Below are positions 58,417 through 64,000 of a stretch of 64,000 bases of DNA, one piece after another. The notes under the pieces are model-generated. The model ran no database searches, was not told where the DNA came from, and worked only from the letters and a program-made list of their open reading frames with translations. This DNA is from Schizochytrium sp. TIO01 (taxonomy: Eukaryota > Protista > Bigyra: Labyrinthulomycetes). Location of the stretch: positions 1,488,001 through 1,552,000 of the forward strand of contig SMSO01000025.1 in assembly GCA_004764695.1 (NCBI GenBank), read 5' to 3'. Position 1 is the first letter of the stretch; each line of letters starts with the position of its first letter. Made by a program: the position numbers and the translations under genes.

Positions 58417-61400
58417 TTAGTCAAAGCCCTTTTCAGTCTGCAACTTTTCAAGACGTTGAGCGAAAAGAACGCTGTTCTCGCAGCGGACAATTCGAAGACC
58501 ATCGATGAGGTCCCGACAAGCCTCCGCAGAGTCAAGCTGCAGGTAGCAAGTATGAGAGAGCTTCTTGCCCATGAGCACGACGTACGTGTCGATTTCACGA
58601 AGTACCTCCATTTCGAATTCGGCAATCTCCTCATCTGTTGCATCTTCCTTCAGCTCCTGCTCCTTACGTTCCTTGACAACAGGGTTCAGGAACGTCTGGC
58701 GCATTACACGATCGTTACGGCCATATAAAACATATTCAACAAAGCGAGACTCGATAGAATGCTCCATCTCGGGTTGCAGAGGGATGAATTCATCCGAAGT
58801 TGCCCCCTGATAGAAAATATGGTTGAGAGGGCCATCAGTAAAGAGAGTAACGCGGCGTGATGCAAGCTCGGCGGGAACCTTGTGTTCGTCCTTGTATATG
58901 TACTTTGTAGGGGTGAACATGACACAATCAAAGCCACGGCGAAGAACTTCACGGATACGCTCACCGAGGTCGTATTTGGCGCGAAGCTGCTCGTCATAAA
59001 GTACGGTGTAAGCCTGTGACAGCATAGCAAACTCACTAGGGTCCACATCCGGATTTTTATCCGGGTGGTAAGATGCAGCAAGCTTGTAGAACTGCTTCCG
59101 AATAACCTTACGGTCTGCGTCGGGCTCAACACCAAGAATGTCATAATGGGTTGCTGGCATGATGTACTTAGGATAGAAATCTTCGGACTTTGGCAGAGGC
59201 ACCTCCTTAAGTTTCTTCAAGAGCTCGCGCTCCTCGGCCTTTTTACGCTCGACCTCAGGGTCAACTGGCGTGGGATCCTTTGGCGGGGTCATAGTGTGCT
59301 TGTTTTCACGCAGAACGGCGTTGTGTACAATAACACGGTACCATTGTAGAATCTCCTTAAAGTTGTTGGAGCATACTTTGAAGCCGTCCTTCTGGCGACC
59401 TGTTTCATAAACAAACATTGCGAATGGCGTGGGCGTGGTGCCCAGTTTTTGTACGTCCGTCTCGATTTCAATACGGTCAAGTGAGAACATTTGCTTTGGT
59501 GTGAGTGAGGAGGAGTCTTTGAAGCAATACAACACTTGCGGTGAGAGACGGAAGAACCGTTTTTTCCACTTGGGTGGGGACTTGCTAAGCCATCTGGACT
59601 TGCGAGACATCTTCAAAAGCCATCCCTCGGCGTTTTTGGGTCCTCCGGTTAGTGCCGTTTCGTCCTCTTCGCTACGAAGGGCGTCGGGATCAGAGGTATC
59701 AACGGTCACCTTGGGCTCTGGGATCTCGGCCGGAGGGCGACTAGGATTCAAGTCACGTGTTGAGGAAAACCGAGGGAGTTTAGAAGAACTTGATGATGAC
59801 TGCTTAACCTTGAGAGTCTGAGCCTCCTTCAGACGATCGCCAAAAGGCACCAGTGCAAGACGTGGGTCTTCAACATAAACCTCCTTTTCAAGCTGCTTGG
59901 CCTGCTCAAGCATGTCCCGCAATTTGGCTTCGCGCTCGATCTGAGATGCGCGGCGCGATTTCTTCTTCTTCTTGGGCTTCTTTGCTTTGGTAGCTGCAGA
60001 CGTGGCAATAGGAGGTTGTTCGGGGCTTGGCTCCTCGTCTTCCTGAGGCAACTGCTGTTCAGCAGAAGCAGAAGCAGCTTTGGATTTCTTGGAGCTTGTA
60101 GAAGTGCTTACCGCAGATTTCGTCGACGCCTTGACGGAGTCCGCAACGCGGGCCTGTTCCTCCTCTTCGTCCTCCTCTGAAGATTCTTGCTCAACGTCAG
60201 CGTCTCGTGCCGCCATTGCTTCAGCCAAATGTACATAACCACCCTGACCATGAGACTTGCTAGCAATCGTTGCTGTACTTCCACGGCGGTCACGCTCGCG
60301 GTTGACCTCTGCAATGACAACCGACGCTGTCCGCGACCGAGCACGAGCTCGAGTTGATGCATTTTGAGCAGCAGCTCTACGTGAGGCTACAGAACGTTTT
60401 CCCTGAACACCTCCAGTGGTAGTTCTAGATTTGCGAGACTTCGACGAGCTCGTACCATTCATGACTTCTGTCGTTGCCGCGGACTTCTTCTTGGTCAATT
60501 TGCTAGATGCCGGGTTACGAGTAGATGTGGAATTTGGCGTGGGGTCCTCCTCTCCATGCTCTCCATGTTTAGTATTTGCTTTACGAACTGTGCGGCGAGT
60601 GCCCGTGGCTGCCTTAGGGCTTCGTCTCGATGCCGAACCAGAGGTAGCTCCAGCTTGATGATTCGTCTTCGACTCTTCAAAGTCCTCTGGCACAAAGGAA
60701 TTGTGCAGCGGTTGGTCGTTCTTATCAAGATGTTGGTGCCGAGGTTCTTCGTAATTCATTGGAGAAGGATTCTCAGCAGGCTTTCGATACGTGGACACCT
60801 GAATGGGGCTGGTTCGTGAAAGTGGCTTGGGTTCCTTGGTGAAGCGCTCTTCGCCGTTCTGTGTGTGCTGCAATGGAGACGCAATTCCCGTGAGGTCGGC
60901 ATTATCATAGTAGTGGTGATGGTGATGATGGTGCACTTCGATAAATCCACTCGCAGCGGTGGCCTGGGAAGGTTGGGAATGCGAGGAAGAGGCGCGTTGA
61001 GGCAGTGAACGCTGCGAGCGCTGATGCATGAGCTGCTGGGGCGACATGAGAACAAAATCGGACGCTCTCGAAGGGGATACAGTTGATGCAGCTGAGGAAG
61101 AGGAGGAGGTTGTGGTTGTACCTGAAGCATACCTACGGAAGGTTGATGGGGGCGGTGGTACGCTTACCTGCAAAGGACCACGAGAGCCAAATGTGCGCTG
61201 CCATTGCGAAGAGGTTGGTACAGATGAGTTTCCCGAGACAGGAATATCGAGATCCACAAAATGCGTGGGGGTAGTTCTTTGATCACGCTCAAATCTGTCT
61301 AACTGGGAGAGACCAGAGTTGCTTGTGGCCCCATAAGAGTTTTGAGGCCAGCTCATCGGCGAAGCATAATCAGAGTTCTGCTTGTTCCATCCGTATGACT

Positions 61401-61875
61401 CACGCGAGTTCGTCGAGCGTGGAATATTGTACGAAGAGGATGGAGCATATGGGGAATCACTGTATCCCTGGTGCCTTGGCTGGAACTGGCGATCTTGTGT
61501 TGGTGATTGTGCTTGTTGGGCAGCCCAGCGTGGAGGTCTTGCTGTTTGTGGAAGTTCCTCACTGCTTCGGGTTGTACTATGCTGGGGCATGACTGCCGCT
61601 CTCATTGCAGCAAGTCTTAGGTCACGAATGAGCTGTCGTCTCGCTTCATAAGGCAAATTAGGATCTACAGAAACTTGAGGCGGTTGATGCTGCCGGTCCA
61701 TAGTCAGGCCCGACCAATGTGTTGTTGACCTTGGTGCTGCAGAATTCGTAGTTTTACTGATACCAGAAGGGCCGTAGTAACCAAAACTATCCATGTCATC
61801 ATAATTGGTCGCCCTCGACGTCCATGAAGGTCTTTGCGATCTCTCCCAGTCAGCCGGCGACTGTGACGAGTACAT
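58417..61875 (-). CDS. PH domain + DnaJ (HPD) domain + second PH-like domain protein with long disordered N-terminus
   Basis: 1152 aa. PH: EGWLLKMS..WKKRFFRL..LYCFKD..EILQWYRVI (~59320-59640). J-domain: HYDILGV..IRKQFYKLAASYHPDKNP..LSQAYTVLYDEQLRAKYD (~58970-59153). C-terminal CYLQLDSAEACRDLIDGLRIV is a PH-type terminal helix. Confidence 0.88.
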   Translation of the reverse strand: MYSSQSPADWERSQRPSWTSRATNYDDMDSFGYYGPSGISKTTNSAAPRSTTHWSGLTMDRQHQPPQVSVDPNLPYEARRQLIRDLRLAAMRAAVMPQHSTTRSSEELPQTARPPRWAAQQAQSPTQDRQFQPRHQGYSDSPYAPSSSYNIPRSTNSRESYGWNKQNSDYASPMSWPQNSYGATSNSGLSQLDRFERDQRTTPTHFVDLDIPVSGNSSVPTSSQWQRTFGSRGPLQVSVPPPPSTFRRYASGTTTTSSSSSAASTVSPSRASDFVLMSPQQLMHQRSQRSLPQRASSSHSQPSQATAASGFIEVHHHHHHHYYDNADLTGIASPLQHTQNGEERFTKEPKPLSRTSPIQVSTYRKPAENPSPMNYEEPRHQHLDKNDQPLHNSFVPEDFEESKTNHQAGATSGSASRRSPKAATGTRRTVRKANTKHGEHGEEDPTPNSTSTRNPASSKLTKKKSAATTEVMNGTSSSKSRKSRTTTGGVQGKRSVASRRAAAQNASTRARARSRTASVVIAEVNRERDRRGSTATIASKSHGQGGYVHLAEAMAARDADVEQESSEEDEEEEQARVADSVKASTKSAVSTSTSSKKSKAASASAEQQLPQEDEEPSPEQPPIATSAATKAKKPKKKKKSRRASQIEREAKLRDMLEQAKQLEKEVYVEDPRLALVPFGDRLKEAQTLKVKQSSSSSSKLPRFSSTRDLNPSRPPAEIPEPKVTVDTSDPDALRSEEDETALTGGPKNAEGWLLKMSRKSRWLSKSPPKWKKRFFRLSPQVLYCFKDSSSLTPKQMFSLDRIEIETDVQKLGTTPTPFAMFVYETGRQKDGFKVCSNNFKEILQWYRVIVHNAVLRENKHTMTPPKDPTPVDPEVERKKAEERELLKKLKEVPLPKSEDFYPKYIMPATHYDILGVEPDADRKVIRKQFYKLAASYHPDKNPDVDPSEFAMLSQAYTVLYDEQLRAKYDLGERIREVLRRGFDCVMFTPTKYIYKDEHKVPAELASRRVTLFTDGPLNHIFYQGATSDEFIPLQPEMEHSIESRFVEYVLYGRNDRVMRQTFLNPVVKERKEQELKEDATDEEIAEFEMEVLREIDTYVVLMGKKLSHTCYLQLDSAEACRDLIDGLRIVRCENSVLFAQRLEKLQTEKGFD

Positions 61876-64000
61876 TTTACTCGACCTTGCTATAGCAATG
61901 AATTGCAGAAAGAGATATCAGTAGCTATGCCTCCGTTGCTCGTTCGCTCTTTCACGTGCCTGAAAGTTGAACTACCCAAGATGATTGATTCACTATTGCG
62001 AACGCACGTGAAGCGTACTGTACAGAACAATCAACTTATCAAGGCCACCTTGGCAACTTCTCACAGGGGGGGTGGAGAGCGATCGATGGCTGTTTGTCTC
62101 GATGGATGGGCCGTAGGCTTGAGTGCAAGGAGAAGTATTACCTTGCAATGAAGTTGACTCTCGTCACTAAGTATATTTTGTTGCGGTTTGCAGACAACCG
62201 TACCGCAAGCTAAGTATGCAAAGGGGCAGTCTTCGCAACCTGTACGCCTCCAAACGCCTCGCGAGGTTTGAAAGGAGTTCACCGGCACGCACAGGCAAGC
62301 AAGGACAAGATGGACTCGGGTTTGTGCAAACTAAAATAAATCACGATCATTCTAATTAGTGATACAGGCAATTTTATAACTTTTTAAAAAAAAAGTGCTC
62401 CTAGTACTACTCCTATTGTTCGCAATAATATAAGTAGTATGTATTTCTTTCTGTGAACTTCTTTTAATTTTGTAAGAGGTGATTCAAGTTCTATTCTAGG
62501 CCTCGCTAGTACCTAGCAACATGAATTATTTTAGTTAAATTTAAATAAATAAGAATATGGGACAAGCCAGAGAAATCAAGTTGGCCACGTCGCAGTCAAT
62601 TTCATTCCATTTTGTTGCAGTCAGTCATCAGCGCATGTTAGTTAACATGCATGCGGAGTAGCACATCCTTGCGGAGAATATTCCGCGATCTCTTTTCCAC
62701 CACCGGTGGGCGTTGGATGCAACGCTCCTCGACTCGACTTCGTGACCGTCGTTATCAAACCAAGCTGCTACCACCATCCTCAAACTTTTATCCAACTTTA
62801 GAACTTCAAGTTCAACTTTGTTTCTTCTTCTAAACTTTCAAGTGGATATTATGATATTGAAACTAGAAAAATAGTACCTTCTACGTGTTTAGACTAGCCA
62901 GCACTAGGCAAGTGAGCACACCCAAACGGAAGGAAATCAGCAGCGCTTTTTTTTTCTTCCCCCTTTCGCACGCGCAGCAGCGCATATGAGCTCAGCGGAG
63001 AAACAAACAAACAGAGCAGAGGCCTATAGGAAAGGCAGCGTGGTGACTCAGCCAGGATGACAGGCACGCCTTCTCAGCGCAGGGGGTGGCTCAAAGGGCT
63101 CTGGCCTGCTCAAGCAGAGGCGAAACTACAAAGCTAAGGCCCCTCCACGCGAGGCGCCTCAATCGGCCTCAGGTGCGTGCAAACTCAAGAGGATTTTTTG
63201 GGCAGGAAAAGAGGATTAATATGGCAGAAACATAGGCGTGACTCTCAGTGGGCCAGGAGGGGACAGATCGCAGCTATGCTAGCAGCAGCGGTGGTGGACT
63301 TGTCTGCTGCGGGGCCACTGTGGGGCAGTCTACGCATATTGGCCGCAGTAGTATACGAATCAGAGGCCCCCACACTGCGCAGTTCGGCGCGTCGAGGATA
63401 GGGATTTAGCTGACCCTCCACTGCGACCTAAACTCTGCAGTGTGCAAGGGGGAGAAAAGTCCTGGCATCGACGCGTGCACACGGCGCGGGGGAACAAAGG
63501 GATCACCACAGATGAGTATGTGGTTGTGCGGTTCCTGACGGTTCGATGTGATGAGTAATATGTAATTGGTTTCTTTACAGCCAACCACGTGCCGCGAACT
63601 TCGACTCCATCCCTCCATGAATCATCACCATGGTGGTTATAAGAACCTAGCGTGATAATTCGAGTGAGCGCAGCGTTCGTGATCAGCTGTGCCAGCCGAT
63701 GGAATCGGCGTGGCCGTCCGGGTTCTTCTGCTTGCACAACCTCAAGGGACGATAGGCGCCTCTATACTAATTGACATTAAAGTTCTCGTAAGGTTTGCAA
63801 GCTCGAGTAGCGCGGTTCAAAGTTGAACCAATAAATGACATACATGCCCGAGGCACGTACACACCTTTTAATCCGCCTAAATTCTTAATCTTGATGGTGA
63901 ATCTGCGCTGTCTTAGCTATTGAGATAGAAAGTAGCTCGCGCAGTGCCGAGCTAGGCGGCGCTTTCAATTGCTTCAACGTGCGTACCTGCCAATCTATCA

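Noticed and set aside
61900-64000. Short ORFs at the right end
   Set aside because: No recognisable product; consistent with promoter or intergenic DNA.

Overview
Eukaryotic, intron-poor DNA: long single-exon genes separated by AT-rich spacers full of microsatellites. The style suggests a thraustochytrid/labyrinthulomycete-type stramenopile, but that is inference only. The first 22.5 kb is one giant minus-strand gene. The ORF track shows only its first 4487 codons. After a single-base frame break at 9024-9029 the same repeat protein continues for about 3008 more codons and runs off the window edge, giving at least ~7,480 aa. Its architecture is signal peptide, two PSI-like Cys domains, about 6,100 aa of Gly/Ser-rich beta-solenoid-type repeats, and then two internal MYRF/phage-tailspike-type intramolecular-chaperone autoprotease domains (Peptidase S74/ICA). 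Both have intact Ser-Lys dyads and each is followed by more repeats. This points to a secreted, self-cleaving trimeric fibre polyprotein, the main candidate novel system here. Divergent from it is a secreted protein with nested domains (P-domain > F-type lectin-like > EVQ-type module, then Ig-like), also broken by one extra G. The rest of the window holds an MTH1-like Nudix protein lacking the Nudix box, presenilin, an OSCA/TMEM63 channel with a Pro/Thr stalk, an AGC kinase with three tandem calmodulin-binding-like helices, a pseudo dual-specificity phosphatase, a PH-DnaJ-PH protein, a 13-bp minisatellite and a possible structured ~270-nt element. All motif comparisons are from recalled family consensus, not database searches.
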